NCBI RefSeq assembly: GCF_963921235.1
Contig: NC_086097.1
Span: forward strand, 78,928,001-78,992,000
Reading direction: 5' to 3'
From: Mobula hypostoma
Taxonomy: Eukaryota
DNA length: 64,000 nt
Position 1 is the stretch's first letter. Each line of letters begins with the position of its first letter. A program made the position numbers and the translations under genes. The notes under the pieces were generated by a model. It was not told the origin of the DNA and searched no databases. It saw nothing but the letters and a program-made list of their open reading frames with translations. Shown in pieces: positions 12,683-26,533 of this stretch.

Positions 12683-13176
12683 ACCCGCTGAGTTACTTCA
12701 ACATTTTGTGTGTTGACCCCAAATCCATTTCAATCTTCTTTCTCATTGAAATCAACAAAGTCAGTTTTCACCTGCATTTTCCATCTGAATGCTTTGTGGA
12801 CAAGTTCCACTCTTGAATATAAAGCCTTTCAAATGAGATGCTAAATAAAGCCCCTTTCATGGCACACAAAGTTTACAAGGAAACAGGCTAATGTTTCTGT
12901 CTTGGCAACTACCACAAAAGGGATAAAAAGCAGATTAACATCATTTATCCCATTAGTTCTTCAACCCATTCCATTCACACCTAAATTATATTTGCTTCAT
13001 AGATTATACTAGTTACACGGATAATGAAATTTATTGTGAAATACTTTAAGTAATAAGGTACTTGCTAACTTCAAGTTCTTTAAAAGTTTTAACATAGAAT
13101 AGTACAGTACAGTACAGGCCCTTCAGCCCACAATGTTGTGCTGACTTTTTAACCTAATCCAAGATCAGTATAGCAC

Positions 13177-13319
13177 TACACACAAAATGCTGGAGGAACT
13201 CAGCGGGCCTATCGTCGACTGTACTCTTTTCCATAGGTGCTGCCTGGCCTGCTGAGTTCCTCCAGCATTTTGTGTGTGTTGCTTCGATTTTCAGCGTCTG
13301 CAGATTTTCTCTTGTTTGT
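13177..13319. mobile_element. Mini hairpin PLE-derived element
   Basis: acacacaaaatgctggaggaactcagc inverted against gctgagttcctccagcattttgtgtgt, plus a one-sided ~35 nt tail. Confidence 0.8.
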
Positions 13320-14995
13320 TTTCAGTATTGCACTTCTCTCCCACATAGCCCTCCATTTTTCTCTCATCCATGATTGCAGTAAATGTGCCTACTGTATCAG
13401 TGTCCATCACCTGCCCTGGCAGCGCATTCCACGCACCCACCACTCTGTTTAAAATAAACTGCCTCTGACACCCGCCACTGCACCCCCCCCCCCGAAACTT
13501 TCCTGCAATCACCTTAAAATTATGCCCTCTCATATTAGCCATTTTCACCCTGAGAAAAAGTTGTGGTCTGTCCAGTCTCTTATCGTCTTATATACCTGTA
13601 TTGTCACCTCTCTTCCTCCCTCGCTGCAAAGGGAAAAGCCCTGGCTTGCTCAGCATTTCCTCATCAGGCACACTCTGTAATCCAGGCAGCATCCTGGTAA
13701 ATCTCCTCTGCACCCTTTCTAAAGCTTCCACATCCATATTATAACAAGGCATCTGGAACTGAATACAATTCCCAGATAAGGTCTAACCAGAGTTTCATAG
13801 AGCTGCAACATTACCTCATGGTTCTTGAACTCAGTCCCCGCACTAATAAAGGCCAACACACCATGTGCCTTCTTAGCCCACCCTATCAACTTGCACTGCA
13901 GTTTTGAGGGATCCAACAGCCCTTTGTTCCTCCACACTGCTAAAAATCCTTTCATTTCATTAACCCTGTACTCTGCCTTCAGGTTTGGCCTTCCAAAGGG
14001 TATCACTTCACACTTTTCCAGATTGAACTCCATCTGTCTCCTATCAGCCCAGCTCTGCATCCTGTCAATGTCTAGTTGTAACCTACAGTACATAAACCCT
14101 CCACACTATCCACAATTCCACCAACCTTTCATGTCATCTGTAAACTTGCTAACCCACCCTTCCTCTTCCTTGTCCAAGTCACTTATAAAAATCACAAAGA
14201 ACAGTTTTCCCAAAACTGACCTCTTGCATACTACTAGTCACTGACCTCTAAGCAGAGTAGGATTCATCTACAAACATTTGTCTTCAAGGCAATCCTGAAT
14301 CCATGCAGCCAAGTTTTCCGATCCCATGCCTCATGGTTTTCTGAGTGAGCTACCATTGGGAACTTTGCCAAATGCCTTACTAAAATCCGTATACACCAGA
14401 TCCATTGCTCTACGTTTACCAATTTGCTATGTCACTTCCTGGAAGAATTCATACAGGCTCACGATGCATGACCTGCCCTTCACAAAACCATGCTGACTAT
14501 CCCTTATCAGACTATGCTACTCCAATTGCTTGCAAATCCTGTCTCTGAGAAACTTCTCCAATATTTTGTGCAGCATTGGTGAAAGGCTCACTGGGCTATA
14601 ATTCCCAGGGTTATCTCTGTTACCTTTCTTGAACAAAACAATAGTATTTGTCTCCCTCCAATCTTCTGGTACTATTGCTGTGGCCCTTGGGGACTCCGGG
14701 ATCATTGCCAAAGGTACAACAATCTCTTCCCTCACTTCCTGTGGTAACCTGGGGACTTATCTAACCTAAAGTTTTTCAAAAGTTCCAGCACATCCTCTTT
14801 CTTAACATTAACATGTTTCAGCAAATAGAACTGTTCTACACCGTCCTCACATTCGTCAAGTCTCTCTCACTGGTGAATACTGAAGCAAAGTACTCATTAT
14901 GGACGATTCTTGTCTTCTCTGACTTTAGGTACACGGTCCCTCTTTTAACTCTGATTGGTCCTATGCTCACTCTGGTCATCCTCCTGCTCTTCAGA

Positions 14996-15009
14996 TACAC
15001 ACACACACG

Positions 15010-15073
<64 letters not shown>
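14996..15073. repeat. Compound (CA)n(CG)n(CA)n(TA)n microsatellite
   Basis: Direct reading. Confidence 0.95.
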
Positions 15074-15074
<1 letters not shown>

Positions 15075-16139
15075 CTATAAAAAAACACCTTGGAGTTTTC
15101 TTTAATCTTCCTCACTAAGGTAGTCTCATGTTCTCTTCTAGCTCTCCTAAGTCCTTTCTTAAGCTCCTTTCCGGCTACCTTATAACTCTCAAGAGCCCTA
15201 TCTGATCCTTGTTTCCTAAACCTTAAGCACACTTCTTTCTTCCCCTTGACTAGATGATCCATTTCTCTTGTCAACCATGGTTCCTTCACCCTACTATTCT
15301 TTCCCTAGGTCAATGGAACAAGCCTGTCCAGAACCCCATACAAGTGTTCCCTAATCACTCTTCCCATTTCCATTGTGCATTTCCCCGAGTCCATCTGTTC
15401 CCAATTTACACTCCCAACATCATAATTTGCCCTCCCTCAATTTTCCCAATCCTATCCTTGCCCAAGGTCAGGGACTTGTGATCACCATCTCCAAAATGCT
15501 CACCGTGAAGAGATCTGTCACCTGACCAGGTTCATGACCCGGTACTAGATCCAGTATGGCTTCCCCTCTAGTCAGCCTGTCTGCATATTGGTCACACCTA
15601 ACAAATTCTGCTCCATCTGAACTTTTTGTCAAAGGAGGAGCCAATCAATATTAGGGAAGTTGAAATCCCCCATGTCAACAATCCTGTTAATTTTGTATTT
15701 TTTCACCTTTCCAAATCTGCCTCCCAATCTGTTCCTCCATATTTCTGCTGCTATTGGGTGGGTGGGGGGTGGTGGAGGTCTATAGAATATGCCAATAAAA
15801 TAATTGTTCACTTCCTGATTTTGTCGTCCACCCACACTGACTCAGTAGACAATCCCTCCACAAAGTTCCCTCTTTCTGTAGCTGTGATACTATCCCTGAT
15901 CAGCAATGCCTTTCGACCACTTATTTTTACCTCCCTCTCTGTTCCTTTTGAAATATCTGAACCCTAGAACATTCAGCAGCCATTCCTGTATCTCTGACAG
16001 CCGAGACTCCGTAAAGGCCACAACTTCGTGGTTCCACGTACTGACCCATGCTCGAAGTTCATCACCCTTGTTCCTGATACTTCTCACACTAAAGTAGATG
16101 CATTTCAACCCATCTAACTGACTGCATTTATGCCCATTC

Positions 16140-19100
16140 TGTATCGTGTGGGATCAGTTGCAAGGATGTGATGAGTGCGCACTCGGTTGGTCAATCAGGC
16201 ATTAAATCGTTTGGGCCCTCTACGCACAGAGGGCACTCTCTTTTGGGCGCAGGCTTTTGAGTGCACGTCTTTCATCTCGGGCATGGCTCATAGCTCACAC
16301 ACTGTAAGGTACCCAGTGTGTACCGTCAGTAACATGACTGAGTGAAAACGTTTAATCGTACTTCATCATTGTCATTCTTGCCCCGTGGATACATAACATT
16401 TTGGTGACAAGGATCAAAACAAGCATGAGCTCTCTATTCCAAACATCCAATCTATTTTGGGCTGCAGCTGTGGGAAAACTGACTCCCGGAATCTCGCTGC
16501 AATGGAAGACAACCTTCCTGGACTACAAACGTACATCAAACTCCTACTAATTTTAATACCATCGGCAAAGCTGGAGGAAGCAGTGAAATTCAAGCTGCTC
16601 CGCGTGCACTTGTGAAAACCCGGGCAGAAATACTTTGATCCTGTAAACTTATAGAACAAGTCAGACACTTCTGAGGCTTTAGACAATGTTTGGGTGAAGC
16701 AGGACAATATCTTTATAGTATGCTTCACATTCTTTCAGGTACGACAGACCCCAGGCCCGTATGTGGATGATTTCATCACAAGACTAACCCTAGCAGTGCA
16801 GGAATGCATATATAAAGATATTCCCCTGAGCAAATTCGAAGAAGCGATGCTCAGCCAAGTGTTTATTATCGGAGTCCAAGGTTGGAGGACACAGGAGAAC
16901 CTCCTGTCTGGGACAGAGTGTGCTCTAAAGCTTGCCACTGGGAGGCAGTCAAGTGAGGCCTTACACAGATCAGAATCAGAAATCAGGTTTAATATCACTG
17001 GCACGTGTCGTGAAATTTGTTAATTTAGAGCAGCAGTACAATGCAATACGTAATAATATAGATAAGTAAGTAAATCAATTACAGCAAATACATTAAACAG
17101 TTAAAGACAGGAATCAGATGGCAGAGAGGAAGAAGCTGTTCCTGAATCGCTGAGTGTGTGCCTTCAGGCTTCTGTACCTCCTACCTGATGGTAACAATGA
17201 GTAGAGGGCATGTCCTGGGTGATGGGGGTCCTTAATAATGGACACCGCTTTTCTGAGGCACCACTCCTTGAAGATATCTATGGACTATGGAGGCTAGTAC
17301 CTAATACGGAACTAACTAATTTTACAACTTTCTGTAGCTTCTTTCGACCCTGTGCAGTGGCCCTCCCCCATACCAGACAGTGATGCAGCTTGTCAGAATG
17401 CTTCACAGTACATCTAATTTTCAAGTGTTTAGGTGATAAATCAAATCTCCTCAAACTTCTAATGAAATATAGCCACTGTCTTGCCTTCTTTATAGCTGCA
17501 TTGATATGTTGGGACCGGGTTAGATCCTCAGAGATCTTGACACCCAGGATCTTCAAATTGCTCACTCTCTCCACTTCTGATCCCTCTTATGAGGATTAGT
17601 TTGTGTTCCCTCGTCCTATCCTTTCTGAAGTCAGCAATCAGCTCTTTGGCCTTATTGACATTGAGTGCAAGATTGTTGCTGTGACACCACTCAACTAGCT
17701 GGTATATCTCACTCCTGTATGCCCTCACAGATTCAGCCTCCTCCCAAAAAGGCCCGTATCTGCCAGCAATACTGACCCGCAACCTAGAGTCTCCAGAGAG
17801 ATCACTTCCACAAATATGCCTTTGTTGTGGGAAAAGTCATGCCGAATGGTCCAATTGCATGCATCAAAAGGCAGTCTGCCGGTTCTGTCACAAGGTAGGG
17901 CACCTCAAAAAGGTGTGCTTCACCAAGCAGTGCACCATGAGAAAATGGCGGAATTCAACCATCGTCTCTGTGCAAGGAGATGGCCGGAGCGAAGAAGTGG
18001 ACTCTATTTTCCAAACCCATGATATGGGCCACCAAAACCAGCCTCCTGACTTGGTTACACTCACAGTGGACAACCAGCCCATGAAATTTGATCTGGATAC
18101 TGGGTGAGCCCTCACCCTGGTAAGCGCCAGATTCCAAAATTACGACCGCCGAGCTTAGTGCCTTGCAGCTACTTTGGAGATGGCGTGGATACGCATGGTG
18201 TCTTCACAGCAAAAGTGGCTCACTAGGGGGACCCGTTTCATTTACTCATGCATGTGGTCAGGGGGAGGGGCGATGGGCAGAAATTGGATTAAGTAGCTGC
18301 CGTTGGTGTTGCCCTGCATCAATTGTATTGCGGGGGGTGGGGAGGGTCACGGCATTGAAATTGAATTCACAATTACAAAAGCACCAGCGGGTTTTCCAAG
18401 CTGACATTTCAGGTCAATACCATGATGGAGCAGCTAAGTTCGAGTTTAAAAAGAACTGCCAGCCGAAGTTTTACGAGGCCCACCCAGTGCCATATGTGGT
18501 GGATCCAAAGAGAACTTGATGTTGAACTTGCATGCAGAGAGCAGCCATGATACAGCCAGCCTTCACAAGTGCAGTATCTAAGGCATTTGTCATGAAGAAT
18601 GGTACTGGGCACCTGACAAGAGTTCCACATTACTACACAGCATCATATGGCCTGGCAGAGAAATGAGGCTTTTCCAAACAAACACAATTTAAGACATTTC
18701 CTTTTCCATTACTTTTGTTCAGTTGTTAAGTTGAGTCTGACTCTTCCATAGGGTCTATAGGATTTTCATGGCAAGATATGGAAATAGATATGGGTTTGAA
18801 TTCAGGACCATCTGCCTTGAAGTCCAGTGCTGATGCCACTACACCACCAGCCAGCTAGGTGACTCCAAATGAACTTTCAGATGCATTACCTGCAGAAGGA
18901 ATGTTTAGGCGAACCTTATGCACCAGATTAGACCTCCTACAGCTGGCCATCCAGGAGCAAATTTGCAGCAAGCAAGAGGCCAGGAAACAAAAATACAAAA
19001 AGCACGCCAGACCGAGACTGTTTGGTGCCAGGGACAATATCTACATGCACATCTCACAGGAAGAAAGCTGGCTACCAGCTGTCACCCGGGATCGTCATGG

Positions 19101-19677
19101 TCAAATAGCAGACCTGAGCAGCCAGACAGGCAAATTTTCAGGTGAGATCTGGATCATACACGCCAGTGGACTGGGTGGGGACCCAGGGTAGCTACAGGAA
19201 GTGCCCTCTGCTGATGCAGCCAGTGTTCCAGCAGATGAAGCAATAGATGTTTCATCAAGAGGGGATTCACAACCTACTGTCCTCAGCATCAGATAACCAG
19301 GAGAGCGCGGAGAGAGAAGCTGTGGAGGTCCACGTGCGTGTGCTGGCCAGTTGACCGTGACCAGGTGAGATAGATATTTCATCATTCTTCTCGGTGTACC
19401 TCGCTTATTCCCTTCCTCCGTGGTTCCCATCTGTGGGGCTGGGGGATGTACCACATCAGATCTACTGCGAGAATGTGCTGGCGGCCGATTGATTGGGCCT
19501 CCTATGAGCAGAGGGCTCTCTTTTTTGGGTGGGGGCTTTTGAGAGCACATCTTTTATCTCAGGATTGCGATTTGTAGCTCCCACACTCTAAAGTTGCCTG
19601 GCATATATCATTACCAGCATACTCAAAAAAATGTTTAATCATGCTATTTGATTGTTATTTTTGCCCCACAGTTAACA
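16140..19677 (+). mobile_element. Degenerate Gypsy LTR retrotransposon with large internal deletion
   Basis: LTR ending ataaca at 16398 then PBS-like tggtgacaagga; gag, CxxC knuckle and protease DLDTG remnants; purine tract then a related LTR at about 19321-19677. Confidence 0.75.
16971..17725 (-). mobile_element. Rex/Babar-type LINE 3' fragment inside the Gypsy element
   Basis: ORF 17278..17574 (LGVKISEDLT...KKARQWLYFIRSLRRF); gaatca-type tail repeats; cacagat at both flanks. Confidence 0.75.
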
Positions 19678-22600
19678 CTTTCCACTGTCTATCTTTTCTC
19701 ACAGTCTCTGTACACATTGCATCTACCTTTACAATAACTATTCTATCCTCTGACCTAACACGCCTGTTTCCATCCCCCGTCGGTCTAGTTTAAGCCCTCC
19801 CCAACAGCTCTAGCAAACCTGCCCTCAAGGATACTGGTCAAAGATATCCCAGTGATCCACAGATCTGAAACCTTGCCCTCTGTACCAATTCGGCAGCCAC
19901 ACAAATTAGATTCAGTTTCATTTATTCATCACATGTGCAGCAAAGCATACAGTGAAATGCATTGTTTGCATTAACAACAAACACAGCCTAAAGATGTGCT
20001 GGAAGCAGCAAGTGTCACGACACATTTTGGCACCAACATGGCATGTCCACCATGTTCCCAGACCACACAGGCAAGAGCAATAGAACAGCAACTAAAGAAA
20101 AGGAGCAAAACGAGTCCCTTACCGCCCGAACACCCATGCGTGCACCCACACAAATAGTCCTCTAACCCCAGGACAGGCTGTCTTCAGCCTCCAGTCTCTG
20201 GTGGCCTCACAGACATTGGGCCTTTGACTTCCCCAGTGGTCTTACAGACCCAGAATTTCAACCATCGGGCCTTGACTCCTAATCAATCATTGGGCTTAGA
20301 TCTTCGACATCGACCCAGTTCTCATTGATGGCAATGAATGATGAGCCTAGAAAGGGATTCCAAACACCTGGACTTGAACTCTGGCTTTGCCAATGATGGG
20401 ACCCTGAACACTAGGCCTGTAACTCTGGTCTCGCCGACTGGCGTACCTGGGAGGTCACCTCCTGCCCATATGGAACTCCAATCTTGGAACCCGCTGACAA
20501 CTCACTGACTTGGGTGGAGGTACCACCAGCACTCATCTGCGCTGGAATGTTGTCCCAATATCCAACAACGGATGTCCTTCATCACATGTCTACTTCACTG
20601 GCCTTTGAGCCCAGAGCGAAGGCTTAGCCTCCGGCCTAACTGCTAATTCCCCCAGTTTTACAACTCCTCCCTTGGAGGGTCAGACACCCTGAGCCAATAG
20701 GCTAGTCCTGGACTTATTTCCTGGCATAACTTACATATTACTATTTAATTATTTATGGTTTTATTACTATTTATTATTTATGGTGCAACTGTAACGAAAA
20801 CCAATTTCCCTCGGGATCAATAAAGTATGACTATGACTATAACTATCCTTGTCCCTAAACTCTAACCTAACCCCTAACTCCCCCTTCCTATTCTTATCCT
20901 CACTAGCACGTGGCATAAGCAGCAATCCAGAAATTACTACCCAGGAGGTCCTACTTTTCAGCTTCCTCACCAGCTCCCTGTATCTGCTCATCGGGACCTC
21001 ATCCCTTTTCTCATTTCTGTCATTAGAGTATCACGACATCTGGCTGCTTATCATCCCCCTTCATGCTCTGCACACAATCTGAGACATCCCTGATCCTGGC
21101 AGCTACAAGGCAACATACCAGCTGGTGAACCTTTCACGTCCATAGAGTCTCCTGTCTCTTCCCCGAATTATTGAATCACTTATTACCACCGCTCTGGTTT
21201 TTCCGCTTCCGTTGTTCAGAGTAAGTTTATTATCAAAGTACATACGTATCAACATATACAACCCTGAGATTCATTGTCTTGTGAGCATATGCAATAAATC
21301 CAGTAAGCATAATAGAATGAATAAAGACCGTCCCTAAAGGGCAGACAACCAGTGTGGAAAAGACAACAAACACATGCAAATACACAAAGAAAAGAAAGAA
21401 AAAGGCAATAATTAATAAAAACATGAAATGAAGAGTCCTTGAATCAGTGCCAGACACTCGATTATTGCAGCTCTCCCTGGTAGGTTGTCCTTATCAATAG
21501 TATCCAAAGTGGTAAACTTATTGTTGTGTATGTGGCCTGTTTACACAACTATGTTATTAATAAAAATGCTGGAGACGGGAACTAAGTTTCATGGTTCTTT
21601 ACTGGCAGAATCTGAACTCGACACACACGTACGGATCAATATGCGCCTAATAGCCCATGCAATGACGTGTCACTAAAACATAAAGTAGTCCCTTATTATA
21701 ATATAGGCTATACGGTACACTCCTCCCCTTTTATTTTAATAGTGTATCAACCGTTTTTTTTACTGGGGCACTATGCTAAACAAATATGTTTACCCTTAAC
21801 ATACAAACGCCTACCATTTGTTTACAAATTATAACAAAGTAGCTTAATAATATCAAATTATAACAAGCCTTTTTTTTTCTTTTTTTTTACTTTTGGTCTA
21901 AGACCCATTTAGAACTCAAGTCTCTGGGGAGGTCTTCTCTGTTTCTCTGGGTAACGTCTGTCCTGAAACGTTTGCTTCAGGGAATGTGTCTCCACAGGTA
22001 CATCAGCTGGGTCATCAGCCCTGATGATAGGCTTATTTGTAGATGAGGCTGATGTGGTCACATCAGGAGTGTTTGCTTCTATGTCAGGGAGTCCGGGCAA
22101 GGTGTTATTGTGTTTTTCACCTGAGCATCCAGGATTTGGTCCACATGACGTCTCCATACATTCTCTCCCACCTCCACTGTGTACATCAGTGGCCTGTCTA
22201 TGGCCGAAATTGTACCCGGCTGCCACTTTTCAGTCTGGTAATCACATGCAAGAACTGACTGTCCCACACTGAAGCTCCGTGTTGACTTAGCATTCAAGTG
22301 TTTGAACTGTCTGTTCTCCACATCACGCCGTACATCTGGTTTGAGAAGATCCATGCGAGACCTCAGGTTCCTGTTCAGAAACATCATCGGTGGAGTCTGA
22401 TTAGTGGTTGCATGTACTGCATTACAATAGGCAAGGAGGAAGTTGTCTACCTTGTGTTGCAGTGGTTGATTTTAGCTGTCCATTGCCTTGATGGCTTTCT
22501 TGAATGTCTGCACAAATCCTTCTGCCAAGCCATTTGTGGATGGATGGTAAGGGGCCGATGTAAAGTGCTTGATTTCATTGTTCTTCATAAAACTTTAGAA

Positions 22601-25600
22601 TTCTTCAGAGACAAATTGTCGTCCATTGTCTGTGCAGATTTGTTCTGGTATGCCATTCCCAGCGAAAATGGCCCTCAGAACTGTAATGGTCTTTTCTGAT
22701 GTGTTTGTCTTCATTTTGATGACCTCTGCCGAATTGGAATGTGCATTGACGGCGATTAAAGAGAGAGTCCATGAATAGTCCAGCAAAGTCAATGTGCACT
22801 TGTCGCCATGGTGATGAGGGCCACTCCCATGGATGGAGAGGGGCTTGTGGTGGTGTGTTCTGGATAGTTTGACATCCAGAGCAGTTCTTGGTCAAGTCCT
22901 CAATCTGTTTATCGATTCCTGGCCAACACACATAGGCACAGGCAAGACCTTTCATCTTCAGGGTACCCAGGAGCCCCTCGTGCAGTTCCTCCAGCACTCT
23001 GGTGCGTAGCTTGGGAGGGACCACAACTCGTGAGCCATACATTAATGTTCCCCGACACACTGACAACTGCTCCTTCCTCGCTGAGAAGGCTGGAAACAGT
23101 GTGTTACCCCACGCTGGCCATCCCTTTACCGTGATGTCATACACTTCTGACAACATAGGGTCGTTGCGTGTTTCCCTTTCAATGAGGCTGTTTGTTACTG
23201 GTAATTGTTCAACTATTGTCGTGTGAACAACCTCTGCTGAATCCATTTGTGTAGTTATCTCTGAAGTCAGCAGTGGTAAACGTGACAAACCATCTGCATT
23301 ACCATGTTGCTTGGTCCCCTTGTCCCAATGTCATACATGTGACCTCCTAAGAACAGAGACCATCGCTGCAGCCTTTGTGCTCTCATCACTACAACGCCTT
23401 TTCTTGGGTTGAAGATTGACATGAGAGGCTGATGGTCAGTCAACAGGGCAAACTTTTGACCATACAGGTAGTGACTGAATTTCTTGACTCCCCACACGAG
23501 GCTTAGGGCCTCTCTGTCAATCTGTGCGTAGTTGCATTCAGCTGAAGTTAGCGTTCTTGAGGCAAAGGCTACTGGTCTTTCTGAGCCATCTGGAAACGTG
23601 CGATAACACAGCTTTTACCCCATGGGGTGAGGCATCATAAGCTAGTCGGATAGGTAAGGAGGGGTCAAAGTGTGTGAGCACCCCTTCTGAAGTTATGAGT
23701 CTTTTAGTTTCTTGAAACGCTTTCTCACAGCTCTCAGCCCACTTCCATTGTGTCCCTGTCTGTAACAGTGCATTTAGTGGGTGTAGGACTGTGGATAGGT
23801 TAGGCAAGAACTTGTGGTAGTAGTTCACTAGTCCAAGGTATGCTCTCAGCTGAGACACATTTTCGGGTGGTGATGCCTTAAGCACCACTTCTGTCTTGTC
23901 TTGAGACATGTGTAAGCCATCCTTGTTGATCATATGCCCACAGTATGAATTTCCTTTTTGAAAAACTCACATTTCTGTCGATTAGCTCTGAGCCCATATT
24001 CTCGTAACCTGGTGAGCACTTGTTCAAGGTTAGAAAGATGTTTGTTGTCATCTTTGCCAGTAACGATGATGTCATCCAGGTAACACTGAGTCCCTGGAAT
24101 CCCCTGCAGGATCTGGTCCATTGCCCTTTGCCAGACTGCAGGAGCTGATGCTATCCCAAACACCAACCTGTTGTACTGGTAAAGTCCTTTGTGTGTACTT
24201 ATTGTCAAGTATTTCTTGGATGCTTCATCAATTTCCATTTAGAGATAAGCCTGGGCCAAATCGATTTTTGTGAAATGTTCCCCTCCTGAAAGGGAAGCAA
24301 AGATAGAGGATACTGTACTGTGCGGGGAACTGGGTTAACAGTCACTTTGAAGTCTCCACATATGTGCTCCTTGCTTGGTTTTCTTGGTTTTGTGCTGGAG
24401 GTTTTCTTCATCACTGGAACAATAAGCATGGCCCATTCACTCCAATCCACCTTTGACAGGACCCCAGTCTGCTCCAGATTTTTCGGCTCTGCCTCTACTG
24501 TAGAATGGATTGCATATGGCACTGGTTTGGCTTTGTAAACTTTTGGACATGCATTTTCCTCAATCTGAGTCTTTGCCTTCATGCCCTGAAGTGTTCCTAT
24601 TCCTTTCATGAACGCTTCCTCAGAGTCAGCAAGTATTTGTGACAGTCTCTCAGATGTAGCCTTGCTGCCCTCCTTTGCTGACACATCTAGTGGCTTGATG
24701 GTGTGCCAATCCAACTGGATTTTCCTGAGCCATTCATGTCCCAGCAACAGTGGTCCTCCATTTTTCAGTACATAGAGGTTCAGCTGCTGGGTTTTGTCTC
24801 TGGGGGTCACTGTCACTTTAATTTTGGCTTTGGGACGCACTCTCTGTCCTGTGTAAGTCTTTAGCAGTAGTTTAGTTCGTTTCGGAGGTATATGAGAAAA
24901 CAGTCATTTGTAGTCATGTACAGAGATCACTGTTAAAGCTGAGCCTGTGTCCAACTCCATTTTCAGTCTCACGCCTGCCACTTGTGGAGTGATCCATATT
25001 ACTCTTTGATCATCTGTCTCTTTCACGCTGTGAAGTTGCAGACAAAACAATTCACTTTTGTCTGAGTCATTGTCATCAGAACTGCTTTCTTTCATTTTGT
25101 GCACATTGTTGTATTTTCTTTTCTGGGGTTTCTTGTTTCTTTGTAATTTGTCCTTTTTCTGTTGTTTACTAGCTTTGCATACTCTGCCAATGTGGCCCTG
25201 TTTGCCACAGTTTCTGCATTCTTTGTCTTTAAACCAATAGTCCTCAGGGTCATGTGACATGTTCCCACCACGGTAACATTTCTTTCCTTCATTCCTGTTC
25301 AGTGATATTTTATTCATAGCATATTCCAGAGATTTTTCTTGTATCTCTGAAGCACCTCGTGCTGCTGTTTCCAATGATATTGCAATGTTCAGTGCCTTCT
25401 CTAATGTAAGGTCTTTTTCACACAGGAGCTTATTCTGTATGGTTTCACAGTGTATGCCACACACTAACCTGTCCCTCACTGCGTCCGATAGACCAGCTCC
25501 AAATTCACAATGTCCTGATAATTTGCGCAATTCAGCACAGTATTCAAAAATGTTTCCATTTTTGCTCCGATTCCATTTGTGAAATTTAAATCTTTCAGCA

Positions 25601-25887
25601 ATGACCAGTGGTTTAGGCTTTAAATGCTGTTGGAGAGTGTCTACTATTTGCTTGAATGTTTTGTCAGCTGGCTTTTCAGGGGTTAACAAGCTCCATTGCA
25701 GGCCATATGTTTTTGCTCCCATAATACTGAGTAAGACGCTGGCTTCCTTTTCATCATTAACACCACTAGCATCACAATATAACTCCACTCTCTCAATGTA
25801 AGTTACCCAGTTTTCAATGCCACTATCAAATGCTGTAATAGTTCCAATCATTGCCATCTTTGTTATGTTATTTTAGTACCATTTTTC

Positions 25888-26533
25888 TGCGTCCGGTGCT
25901 CCCAATGCGGTCTTCTATATACTGGCAAGACCCGACGCAGGCTGGGAGACAGTTTCGCTGAACACCTATGCTCTGTCCGCCAGAGAAAGCAGGATCTCCC
26001 AGTGGCCACACCTTTTAATTCCACATCTAATTCCCATTCTGATATGTCTGTCCACGGCCTCCTCTACTGTAAAGATGAAGCCACACTCAGGTTGGAGGAA
26101 CAACACCTTATATTCCGTCTGGGTAGCCTCCAACCTGATGGCATGAACATTGACTTCTCTAACTTCCGCTAATGCCCCACCTCCCCTTCATACGTCATCC
26201 ATTATTTATTTATCTTTTATTATTATATATTTTTTTCTTTCTCCCTAGGCCTCCCGTCCGTCCCATGATCCTCTCATATCCCTTTTGCCAATCAACTTTC
26301 CAGCTCTTGGCTTCATCCCTCCCCCTCCTGTCTTCTCCTATCATTTTGGATCTCCCTTCCCCCTCCCACTTTCAAATCTCTTACTATCTCTTCTTTCAGT
26401 TAGTCCTGACGAAGGGTCTCGGCCGGAAACGTCAACTGTACCTCTTCATATAGATGCTGCCTGGCCTGCTGCGTTCACCAGCAATTTTTATGTGTGTTGC
26501 TTGAAATTCCAGCATCCGCAGATTTCCTCACGT
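25888..26533 (+). mobile_element. 5'-truncated Penelope-like element inserted in the Gypsy 5' leader
   Basis: GIY-YIG C-terminal coding sequence, 3' region, hammerhead motif and full tail; TSD tacc(a/g)tttttc. Confidence 0.88.
26403..26436 (+). ncRNA. Minimal hammerhead ribozyme motif in PLE pseudo-LTR
   Basis: gtc-CTGACGA-agggtctcggccg-GAAAC-GTC-aac: intact CUGANGA, GAAA and NUH core; activity not tested. Confidence 0.7.
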
